Assembly (NCBI GenBank): GCA_014905635.1
Contig: JABVCE010000019.1
Coordinates: forward strand, 1 to 64,000
Length of the DNA: 64,000 bases
Reading direction: 5' to 3'
Source: Scenedesmus sp. PABB004
Taxonomy: Eukaryota
Shown piece by piece: positions 1 through 11,200 of the stretch; the stretch's first letter is position 1; every line of letters starts with the position of its first letter. The position numbers were made by a program, and so were the translations under genes. Below the pieces are notes generated by a model, which was not told where the DNA came from, searched no databases, and saw nothing but the letters and a program-made list of their open reading frames with translations.

Positions 1-3000
1 TCGCAAATGTCGTTTGCTGCGGCGGTGAGCGCGCGAGTTTATAGGCGGCGGCCGAGTCGGTGGATGGTGCACAAGGGCACAGAGGCACACAGACGCACAC
101 CCCGTCACTCACCCGGGCTCGGGCTCGGGCTGGGCCTGGGGACGGGGCTCGGGCTCGAGGGGCTCGGGCTCGAGGGGCTTGGGCTCGGGCTGGGCTTCTG
201 TGCCGGGGTGGTGCACGTGGACGTGCCCGGGTTGCAGAAGAAGCTCGCGCAGTCGCCATCCGCCTTGCACGACACTGTTATCGCCGCAGAGGGCGCACGA
301 GCTGCCGCCGCAGTCCACAGCGGTCTCATCGCCGTTCTTGACACCGTCGGTGCAGGTCGGCTCCTGCAGTGGGCAGCCGGCACCATGCCAATGGTCGGCG
401 TCAGCTGCTAATCTGAGCGGTTTCGCCGAGTGAGCGGGAGCAGGCACAATCACGCACCTTTGTCGCGCACACGCCGCTGACGCAATTGGTGGACGCGCAG
501 TCGGTTGCAGCGCGGTGCACTTGCTGCCGGCCGGGCATGCCAGGGCAGGTGCCACCGCAGGTGGTGTTCGAGCAGGACGGTGCCCTGCGCGTTTCAGGCA
601 GGTGGCGGCCAGCGCAGCGAGGGGTTGCGTATTGCTGGGTGTTGCGCGCGACACATGGCGCCGCGCGCTGCGCATGCTCACCACCGTCGAGCACACGCTG
701 TTCACACAGTTGCCAGACGAGCAGTCGCCGTCGAGTGCGCACGGCTGCTGGAGCGGGCAGGGGCGGCAGCTGACGCCGCCGCAGTCGGTGCCTGCGGTCA
801 GGCAGCGGCCAAGCGTGAGGCCAGGCCGGCTGTCAGGGTGCCACCACAAGGCGGTGCGCAAGGCTGCTGAGGGGGCGCCGACCGCCCCGCACCCGTCTCG
901 TCCTGGTTCTTGATGCCGTCGGAGCACGTGGGCCAGGCCCCGCTGCACGTGCCCTGCACACAGTTGCCTGTATCACAATCAGTTGGCACCAGGCATGTGG
1001 TGCCAATGGAGCAGGCGGGGCAGGCGCTGCCACCGCAGTCTACGCCCGTCTCCAGACCGTTCTTGATGCCGTCGGAGCAAGTTGGGTGCTGCAGGGTGTC
1101 AGCAATGAGGCAGGTGTGAGACGCGGGAGCAAGAGGGTCGAGAGGCAGCTCGCTGCATCCGCCCTCGCGCGTGCGCGCACCGGTTCGCCGCAGGAGCCTC
1201 CCTTGCAGTAGTCAGAGCCGCAATCGGAGTCTATCTTGCAGGCGGCGTGGGATGGTGAGGCACGGGAGGCACGAGCTGCCCCACCGCAGTCCACGTCAGT
1301 CTCGTCACCGTTCTGATGCCGTCAAAGCAGGTCGGCTCCTGTGTCTTGCACACACCGTTGATGCAGTTGGCGGACGTGCAGTCATACGCAGTTGAACATT
1401 TACCGCCGACTGGGCACGCCGGGCAAACGCCGCCGCAGGTGGTGCTAGAGCAGGACGGCGGCTGCGCGTTCCGGACAGGCAGCAGCAGCGCAGCGAGGGG
1501 GTTGAGCGCTGCTGCACAGAGTGCAGCGCACACCCGCCGGGGCTGCGCTGCGCGCGCTCACCTGGCGGGCGCAGAAGCTGCCCCTGCACAGCAGGCCAGT
1601 GCTGCAGTCCGAGTCAAAGGTGCAGCGCGTTCCTCTGCGGCACTCGGGGCAGTTGGCCCGCCGCAGTCGACGTCGGTTTCGTTGCCATTCCAGATGCCTG
1701 TGCGGTGCGCCAGCGGGGAGGGGCTCGGGTCGGGCTGTAACCGCTGGCGAGCGCGCAGCGCTGGTGGTAGCCGCATGCTGCGGCCCAGCACGGGGGGCGT
1801 GGTGCGCGCGCACCGTCGTTGCACGTGGGGACCTGGGCGACGCAGCTGCCCTTGTTGCAGTTGCTGGACGCGCAGTCCGAGGGCCGCTCGCAGCGCTGCC
1901 CCGTGCCGCACGGAAGGCAGCTCGAGCCGCCGCAATCCACACCTGCGAGGGCGCGAGAGCGTAGCGCAGCACGTCGGCACCCAGAGGCGCGTGCGGCAGA
2001 GCCCCCTCCTCCCCCCCTCCTCCCCACCGCGGGCGCGGGCCACGGGCCACACCTGTCTCGCCCGGGCTCAGCAGGCCGTCCTGGCAGGATGCAGCCAACA
2101 CGGCGCAGAAGCCACCCTTGCAAAGACCATCTGTGCAGTGTGCAGAGCTGGAGCACCGCTTGCCGGTCGAGCACGTAGGGCAGCTCCCGCCGCAGTCCAC
2201 GTCTGTGTGCGTGGGTGTGCGTGTGCGTGAGGCGGCGGCAGCAGATCAGGCGGCGTTGTGCGGCAGTGCCCGCTGCAGGGCACCCCGGGCGCGCTCGGCG
2301 CGGCGCACCTGTCTCGTCGCCGCTCTTGACGCCGTCCGTGCAGTGGGCCGGGGTCACCTGCGCGCGCGCACACAGCGATGGGTCGGTCCACAGGGCCCAA
2401 CAAGCCGCCCCTCGCTCCCCCGCTCGCGCGCCTCGCTGTGCGTGCGTGCGCGCGCCACTACTCACCACACCGCCGGTGACGCACTGGCCGGCGCTGCACG
2501 CGCCCCGGTGCAGGCCGCGCCGTCAGCCTGGTTCCTCCAGTAAATCATGCCCGTGTTGGCGTCGCACCCCAGCGGCGCGCGGCACTGCTCGGGCGGGGCC
2601 GCACGCACGCACGGCACGCCGAGGTGCCGCCGGCGACCAGGCGCCCGCCGCGCACTTTTGTGCAGGTGGGGCGGGCGCGTAGCCGTAGCCAGGCACACAG
2701 ACTGCGGGAGCGCGCGAGTGTGAGGTGAGGCGAGAGCCCGCGCCTTGGTGCGCTTGCTGCGCGTAGCAGGCCGCGCACCATCACAAGCCTTGGAGTTGTG
2801 CCCTACGGTGGTGAAGGGGAACGGCAGCGATTGCAGCCTCGCTTGGAAGCAGTGAGCGTGTAGCCTGGGCTTGAGCACAGGCAAATCGGCGGGGAGCCAG
2901 GCGTGCACGCGGCGCAGCCCGGGATGCCGCATCCGTGCAGCGCCGAGCTCGGCGGCAGCTTGACGCCGCACTTGCTCTCCGTCGCAGCCACGGCTGCGGG

Positions 3001-3129
3001 TACTGCTGCGTGAGCGGCCGTGGCAGCGGCAAGCATCAGAGCGAGTCCGAGAAGCGCCGCTGAAGCGGGGCGGCGCCCGCGCTGCGGGCAGAGCTGGGTA
3101 CATAGCGGTGACATGTTGGAACGTTTCAT
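1..3129 (-). CDS. 5' part of a paralog of the secreted Cys-rich DCGG/EGF protein; runs off the window; contains apparent frameshifts (pseudogene or read errors)
   Basis: ATG at 3129 (MKRSNMSPLC...) and the same exon structure as 5152-8216. 1-bp indels relative to the + copy occur near 2824, 2595, 1656, 1313, 1281 and 1250, mostly in homopolymers. Confidence 0.75.
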
Positions 3130-3248
3130 GAAAAAACGTTGAGAGAGCGCAAACTGCTCGACGGGCCCCGCTACGCGATCGGCCGGCCTAACAGTTGTTC
3201 TAACATGGTGCGAAGCTCCGGCTGGTTACTCTGAAGGGTTGTTCAACA
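1..3248. repeat. Left arm of a large inverted repeat (partner 5046-8276); near-identical core 63-3156
   Basis: The reverse complement of 5125-8216 matches 63-3156 almost base for base, introns included. Flanks 1-62 and 3157-3248 still align but are clearly diverged. Confidence 0.95.
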
Positions 3249-3933
3249 TAGCGACGCGCCCCACGCTCCAGGGCCAGCTGGCTGCCTGGACACGGGCGCT
3301 GTGGTACTGGGCGCGAAGCAGCGACTACAGGCGCATGGTCGCGGTCTCGCGTCTGGGCGGCCTGGCGCACGCCCAATCGCACAGGAGGCAAAAGCCCGAT
3401 TGGCATGCCACCGCTGGCACGCCGGGCGCTGATGCCACTGGCACGTCCGCACGTGGCACGCGGGACCGTCAGTGGCACTGGCGCCCAATCCCCGCGCCAG
3501 ATCACGCCCCAGGTTGTCGGCCCGACAGCCCCGCCGACGCCTCCAAGCAGTGCCCCCTCATGCTGCCACCGCCCGCTGCGACAGCCGCTTGTCAACGCCA
3601 GCAGCCGGGGGCGGCGCTGCCAGTGGCGCAGCTGCGTGTCGGCGGTTCCGTAACGATCGGAGCTGGCCTGTCATGCCATCCAGCATGGCCACGGGGCCGC
3701 GGCCATGCTGCCGCTGCTGCGACGCCCGCGCCCCGCCCGGCGGGCCCCGGCGGCTGCTCCGGCAGCCGCGCCCAATGCCACCGGTCCACCTGTGCGCACG
3801 CGCAGCCGCTGCTGCGCGGCGGCGCGGCCGCCGCGAGCCCGGCAGTCGCGGCGGGGCGCAGCCTAGGCGGCCCTCTGACCTCTCACCGCGCCCACCACCT
3901 CAGCCGCCGCCTCGCCCGCCCCTGGTGGTGCAG

Positions 3934-4320
3934 GGCCACGCGGAGGCGGTGGTGCGCGGCCTGGCGCTCGAGAGCCTGGCGGAGCTCGACGGCGTCGTGG
4001 GCGTCGGCGGCGACGGGTTGTTCAGCGAGCTGCTGGCCGGCCTGCTGCAGCACCCGCACCCCGCGCAGGCCCTGCGCCTGCGCCTGGCGCTCATTCCTGG
4101 CGGCTCGACCGACGCCGTGGCGTGCACGTGCGCGCACGCCACGCGCGCGCGCGGTCGGCGGCAGTGCGCCGGGGCCGCCGGTCTGCCGCGCCCGCCCGCC
4201 GACCCGCGCCACCGCCGCCCGCGGCCGATCCACGCCAGGCTGCACGGGACGCGCGACGCCCTGACCGCGACCCTCCACATCGCTCTGGGCGACTCAACGC
4301 CCCTGGACGTCGCGCAGGTG
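3934..4320 (+). pseudogene. Ceramide kinase (DAGK-catalytic, CERK/ACD5-like) internal fragment, two exons
   Basis: Exon 3934-4127, GT-AG intron 4128-4238, and exon from 4239 splice to give DGVVGVGGDGLFSELLAGL...LALIPGGSTDAVACTLHGTRDALTATLHIALG. These are the GGDG motif and the CERK-type IPxGSTD motif. No NPxxG exon upstream and no C-terminal exons were found. Confidence 0.75.
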
Positions 4321-5045
4321 GTGCCCTTGGCCGTTGCGCCGCCGGGCGGCGCGGTCGAGGCCGAGCGCGGCGCGACGGCGACCCCGCCATGTCACGCGGG
4401 GCGCAGCCCACCGCTGCCCTGCTGCACCGCGTTGGATCACGCTCGGGCTTGGGCGTCGCCGGGGCGGCGCTGCAGCGCCGTTCGCTGAGCGCTGGGCCGC
4501 GTCGGGGCCGAGCCGCCCGCCCGGTCACCGCCGCGCTGCGCCAGCAGCTGCGGCGTGCTATATACCCCCGCACCACCGCCGCCTGGGGCACGCGCAGCGC
4601 ACCAGGGGCAGGCAGCCGGCGGCCCGCCGCCGCGCGGGGCAGCGCACGGGGTGCAGCGCGTGCTGCCGCGATGTGGCTCGGCCGCCGCCGCGTGCGCGTG
4701 GCAGGCGACGGGCAGGGCCTGCTGCTTGAGTTGTTGCCGCCGGAGCGGCGCTGCTGCTGCCCGCCGCGCTGGCGGCCTGTGCGCGCCGCCAGCGCTGCTG
4801 CTGCCCGCCGCTCAGCGCCGCGCAGCGAGCTGCGATGCGGTGAGCCGGGGCGCGCCCGGCGGCATGGCGGCGGCGGCTTGCTGTCGCCGGCGTGCGCCCA
4901 CTGCGCTGGCGCCGGCGCAGTGCCGTTTGCGGAGGTCGTCGCGCTGCGCTGCCGCAGCTGTTCGTGCCGAGTACCACCACAAAATCATTCCCCCTCTCGC
5001 TTTCAGCGCCTCCAAGCGGCCAACCGGGCAAGCGCCGGGCGCGCC

Positions 5046-8000
5046 TTGTTAAGTAACCCTTCCGAAACACTGCCGAAGAGTGAGCTTCGCACCGTGTTAC
5101 CGGCCGATCGCGCGACGCCGGGCGCAGTTTGCGCTCTCTCAACGTTTTTTCATGAAACGTCCCAACATGTCACCGCTATGTACCCAGCTCTGCCCGCAGC
5201 GCGGGCGCCGCCCCGCTTCAGCGGCGCTTCTCGGACTCGCTCTGATGCTTGCCGCTGCCACGGCCGCTCACGCAGCAGTACCCGCAGCCGTGGCTGCGAC
5301 GGAGAGCAAGTGCGGCGTCAAGCTGCCGCCGAGCTCGGCGCTGCACGGATGCGGCATCCCGGGCTGCGCCGCGTGCACGCCTGGCTCCCCGCCGATTTGC
5401 CTGTGCTCAAGCCCAGGCTACACGCTCACTGCTTCCAAGCGAGGCTGCAATCGCTGCCCGTTCCCCTTCACCACCGTAGGGCACAACTCCAAGGCTTGTG
5501 ATGGTGCGCGGCCTGCTACGCGCAGCAAGCGCACCAAGGCGCGGGCTCTCGCCTCACCTCACACTCGCGCGCTCCCGCAGTCTGTGTGCCTGGCTACGGC
5601 TACGCGCCCGGCCCCACCTGCACAAAGTGTGCGGCGGGCGCCTGGTCGCCCGGCGGCACCTCGGCGTGCCGTGCGTGCGTGCGGCCCCCGCCCGAGCAGT
5701 GCCGCGCGCCGCTGGGGTGCGACGCCAACACGGGCATGATTTACTGGAGGAACCAGGCTGACGGCGCGGCCTGCACCGGGGGCGCGTGCAGCGCCGGCCA
5801 GTGCGTCACCGGCGGTGTGGTGAGTAGTGGCGCGCGCACGCACGCACAGCGAGGCGCGCGAGCGGGGGAGCGAGGGGGCGGCTTGTTGGGCCCTGTGGAC
5901 CGACCCATCGCTGTGTGCGCGCGCGCAGGTGACCCCGGCCCACTGCACGGACGGCGTCAAGAGCGGCGACGAGACAGGTGCGCCGCGCCGAGCGCGCCCG
6001 GGGTGCCCTGCAGCGGGCACTGCCGCACAACGCCGCCTGATCTGCTGCCGCCGCCTCACGCACACGCACACCCACGCACACAGACGTGGACTGCGGCGGG
6101 AGCTGCCCTACGTGCTCGACCGGCAAGCGGTGCTCCAGCTCTGCACACTGCACAGATGGTCTTTGCAAGGGTGGCTTCTGCGCCGTGTTGGCTGCATCCT
6201 GCCAGGACGGCCTGCTGAGCCCGGGCGAGACAGGTGTGGCCCGTGGCCCGCGCCCGCGGTGGGAGGAGGGGGGGAGGAGGGGGGCTCTGCCGCACGCGCC
6301 TCTGGGTGCCGACGTGCTGCGCTACGCTCGCGCCCTCGCAGGTGTGGATTGCGGCGGCTCGAGCTGCCTTCCGTGCGGCACGGGGCAGCGCTGCGAGCGG
6401 CCCTCGGACTGCGCGTCCAGCAACTGCAACAAGGGCAGCTGCGTCGCCCAGGTCCCCACGTGCAACGACGGTGCGCGCGCACCACGCCCCCCGTGCTGGG
6501 CCGCAGCATGCGGCTACCACCAGCGCTGCGCGCTCGCCAGCGGTTACAGCCCGACCCGAGCCCCTCCCCGCTGGCGCACCGCACAGGCATCTGGAATGGC
6601 AACGAAACCGACGTCGACTGCGGCGGGCCCAACTGCCCCGAGTGCCGCAGAGGAACGCGCTGCACCTTTGACTCGGACTGCAGCACTGGCCTGCTGTGCA
6701 GGGGCAGCTTCTGCGCCCGCCAGGTGAGCGCGCGCAGCGCAGCCCCGGCGGGTGTGCGCTGCACTCTGTGCAGCAGCGCTCAACCCCCTCGCTGCGCTGC
6801 TGCTGCCTATCCGGAACGCGCAGCCGCCGTCCTGCTCTAGCACCACCTGCGGCGGCGTTTGCCCGGCGTGCCCAGTCGGCGGTAAATGTTCAACTGCGTA
6901 TGACTGCACGTCCGCCAACTGCATCAACGGTGTGTGCAAGACACAGGAGCCGACCTGCTTTGACGGCATCAAGAACGGTGACGAGACTGACGTGGACTGC
7001 GGTGGCAGCTCGTGCCTCCCGTGCCTCACCATCCACGCCGCCTGCAAGATAGACTCCGATTGCGGCTCTGACTACTGCAAGGGAGGCTCCTGCGGCGAAC
7101 CGGTGCGCGCACGCGCGAGGGCGGATGCAGCGAGCTGCCTCTCGACCCTCTTGCTCCCGGCGTCTCACACCTGCCTCATTGCTGACACCCTGCAGCACCC
7201 AACTTGCTCCGATGGCATCAAGAACGGTCTGGAGACGGGCGTAGACTGCGGTGGCAGCGCCTGCCCCGCCTGCTCCATTGGCACCACATGCCTGGTGCCA
7301 ACTGATTGTGATACAGGCAACTGTGTGCAGGGCACGTGCAGCGGGGCCTGGCCCACGTGCTCCGACGGCATCAAGAACCAGGACGAGACGGGTGCGGGGC
7401 GGTCGGCGCCCCCTCAGCAGCCTTGCGCACCGCCTTGTGGTGGCACCCTGACAGCCGGCCTGGCCTCACGCTTGGCCGCTGCCTGACCGCAGGCACCGAC
7501 TGCGGCGGCGTCAGCTGCCGCCCCTGCCCGCTCCAGCAGCCGTGCGCACTCGACGGCGACTGCTCGTCTGGCAACTGTGTGAACAGCGTGTGCTCGACGG
7601 TGGTGAGCATGCGCAGCGCGCGGCGCCATGTGTCGCGCGCAACACCCAGCAATACGCAACCCCTCGCTGCGCTGCCGCCACCTGCCTGAAACGCGCAGGC
7701 ACCGTCCTGCTCGAACACCACCTGCGGTGGCACCTGCCCTGCATGCCCGGCCGGCAGCAAGTGCACCGCTGCAACCGACTGCGCGTCCACCAATTGCGTC
7801 AGCGGCGTGTGCGCGACAAAGGTGCGTGATTGTGCCTGCTCCCGCTCACTCGGCGAAACCGCTCAGATTAGCAGCTGACGCCGACCATTGGCATGGTGCC
7901 GGCTGCCCACTGCAGGAGCCGACCTGCACCGACGGTGTCAAGAACGGCGATGAGACCGCTGTGGACTGCGGCGGCAGCTCGTGCGCCCTCTGCGGCGATA

Positions 8001-8276
8001 ACAAGTCGTGCAAGGCGGATGGCGACTGCGCGAGCTTCTTCTGCAACCCGGCCACGTCCACGTGCACCACCCCGGCACAGAAGCCCAGCCCGAGCCCAAG
8101 CCCCTCGAGCCCGAGCCCCTCGAGCCCGAGCCCCGTCCCCAGGCCCAGCCCGAGCCCGAGCCCGGGTGAGTGACGGGGTGTGCGTCTGTGTGCCTCTGTG
8201 CCCCTTGTGCGCCATCTTCTGCCGACACTGCCGCCCTGCGCCTGCTCGCCGCCGCAGCGAACAACAACACGTGCGA
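5046..8276. repeat. Right arm of the large inverted repeat
   Basis: Reverse complement of 1-3248; near-identical core 5125-8216. Confidence 0.95.
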
Positions 8277-11200
8277 CCCAGTCAACAACCCCTGCGCCGC
8301 TGTCGTGGGGTCGGACGGCGCGTGCTCCAACACCGCGGGCGGCGGCTTCAGCTGTGGCTGCACACGCGGCCTGACATGGAGCGCGGCGCAGCGCAAGTGC
8401 ATCGGTGAGCGCGTGCCCCAGCGGGCTCCGCTCGACGGCGCTGGCAATCCAAGGTCGGAGCTCATGCTGCCGACCTGGGCACCTGCGCTGCCCCGCAGAG
8501 AAGGATGATTGCGCCCCCGCGGGCGGCGGCAACCCCTGTGCCAACGTGGCCAACTCCAACGGCACCTGCCACGACGTCGCTGCGCCTGGCAGCGGCTACA
8601 TGTGCGACTGCGCCAACGGCTTTGGATGGGATGCCGCTACAACGAAGTGCACGGGTGGGTGTTGTGCGCGCGCGGCCGCAGACGACCGCATGCGCGTCAA
8701 TCCTGCCCCCACCCACCCCGTTCCCCGCGCCATGAAATCTAGCGACGAGTGACTGCGTGCTCAAGCCCTGCGCCAACGTCACCAACTCCAACGGCTTCTG
8801 CTCTGACCTGCCCAATGCGGGCCACACCTGCGGCTGCAACCCGGGCTACACGTGGATTGCCAGCGCCGGCGCGTGCAGAGGTAAAGAATGGCCATGCCGC
8901 AGCGTGACAACGGGCGTCGCGCCCTGCAGCGTGCCAGCGGCTAACCGACACCCTCGCTCGCCCACCTGCTGCGCCTGCGCAGACACGGACGGCTGTGCTG
9001 GCAATCCTTGCAAGGCCGACCCCAACGCCAATGCCACCAGCTGCAAGGACGTCCCAGCGCCCGACAGCGGCTACACGTGCATGTGCAATCCCGGCTTTGT
9101 TTTCAACGCTATCACACGCAAGTGCCAAGGTGCGTTGCAGGAGAGCCGGGGCTCGCCTCTGCACGCTGCACGCCGCACGCTGTGCGCCGCCCCCGCTCAC
9201 CACCCCTCGCCCTTGCTCGCTGCCAATACACAGACGAGGACGGCTGTGCAAACAAGCCGTGCGCTGGCATCGCGAATGCTAATGGTGTCTGTCACGACGT
9301 GCCTGCGCCTGGCACTGGATTCACCTGCGAGTGCAACCCAGGTGGGTGGTGGGCGGATTGGCTGGGGGGCTGCGAGGTGACCAGTGACGTGTGTGCGTCT
9401 GCGGTATTCACGCCGCCGCTCACGCACGCGCGCTCCCTCTGGCTGCGCCAACCAGGCTACGGCTGGGCGGCGGCGACCAAGGTGTGCACAGCGACAAACG
9501 CATGCGTCACCAACCCATGCCAGGGCTTGCCGTTCTCGAACGGTGTGTGCTCCAGCCTGCCGGGCATGCAGTACAGCTGCGGGTGCAGCACCGGCTACAG
9601 CTGGAGTGCTGCGTTGCGCACGTGCATCGACACCAACGGTTGTGCGTCCAACCCTTGTGATGCCGACCCCAACGCCGTCATTGGAAGCTGCACGGACGTG
9701 CGCGCCCCAGACACCGGGTACACGTGTCGCTGCAAGCCTGGGTGAGCTCTTGTCTTGTCTGAAATGTGCAAAAACCTCAACGCATTAACTGCCTTGAACT
9801 CCGAGCTGACAGTCTGCGTCACGCGGCCGCCCACTTGCAGGTATGAGTTCAACCAGCCAACGAGGCAGTGTGTAGGTGAGTGACCTCATTTCAGTGTTGC
9901 GTGTTGTGCTTCCGCGAGCCCAAAGGGCGTTGCTAAGACTGCCTGCCCGCAGATCCCAACGGCTGCACCAACGCGCCATGCAAGAGTGTGGCCAACTCCA
10001 ACGGTCGCTGCTCTGATGTGCTTCCGCCAAACACGGGCTACGTGTGCGGCTGCGACACAGGTTACAGCTGGGATGCCGCTGCCCTCAAGTGCAAAGGTGG
10101 GTGCGTGCGAACAGCATTGATTGTGGTACTGGGAATGTAGCTACTGCGGGAAATTGCCTCGCTCGTTGGCGGCAGACGCTGAGCGTGATAGGGCTGCCCA
10201 GTCCTGAGTATTCCCAAAACAATGCTCCCCCATCGCAGACACAAACGGCTGCCTGGGCAACCCATGCTCCAACATGACCAACGCCAGCGGTGCCTGTACG
10301 GACGTGCCAGCGCCTGGCAGTGGGTTTGTGTGTGGCTGCATCAATGGCGCGCAGTGGATCTCTGGCGCGTGTGTTGGTGAGCAAAACGCTGTTTTGCCGC
10401 CGCTGCCTCATGCTGCTGCCACGTACATGCTCAACCCCCGCTGTTTCTGCCCGCAGATGTGGACGGGTGCGTCAACAACACTTGTGGTGCTGTTCCTGGA
10501 AACAGCAATGGCACGTGCATCGATGTTCCAGCACCTGGCACAGGCTATACGTGCGCCTGCAGCGCCGGCCTCTCCTATGATGCATCCACCAACAAGTGTA
10601 TCGGTGGGTGGGGGCTGCGCAAACAGAGTGGGCTTGAATTCATTAAATGCTGAGCCTCACACCCTTGCTGTCAATCGCAGACACCAACGGCTGCCTGGGC
10701 AACCCATGCTCCAATGTGACCAACGCCAATGGTACGTGCATCGACACTCAGGCTCCTGGAAATGGCTACAGCTGCGCCTGTCGCACAGGGTGAGGGAATG
10801 GGAATGCATTTTGCTGCACGAAATGCTCACGCGCTGCACCAGCCACCACCCCTCACCTTTCTGTCCGTGTCGCTGCAGGTACTCTTGGAGCAAGAGCGCC
10901 AAGCAGTGCAAAGGTAGGTAGGGGGCGAGAAGGCCTTGCGCTGGTTGCTCGCTTCCAAGCCTCTCACGTTTTTGGCTCCCCCTCTCTCTCTCCCGCTTTC
11001 TCCCTGTCTTGCAGACACAAATGGGTGCCGCAATGACCCATGTGGCACCGTCCCACACGCCATGAACGGCTCGTGCGTCGACGTGGCAGCTCCTGGCACC
11101 GGCTACACGTGCAAGTGAGTGCACCGTGCCCGGGGTGTGACCGGGGGGGGGGTGGATGGCGTGCTGCTCTCTCAACCGTTAAAGCCACTAACCAACGCCC

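Noticed and set aside
3239..3360. Peptide ..TRALWYWAR.. resembling the LINE LRYWHRL region
   Set aside because: Too short and too weak to call a retroelement remnant by eye.
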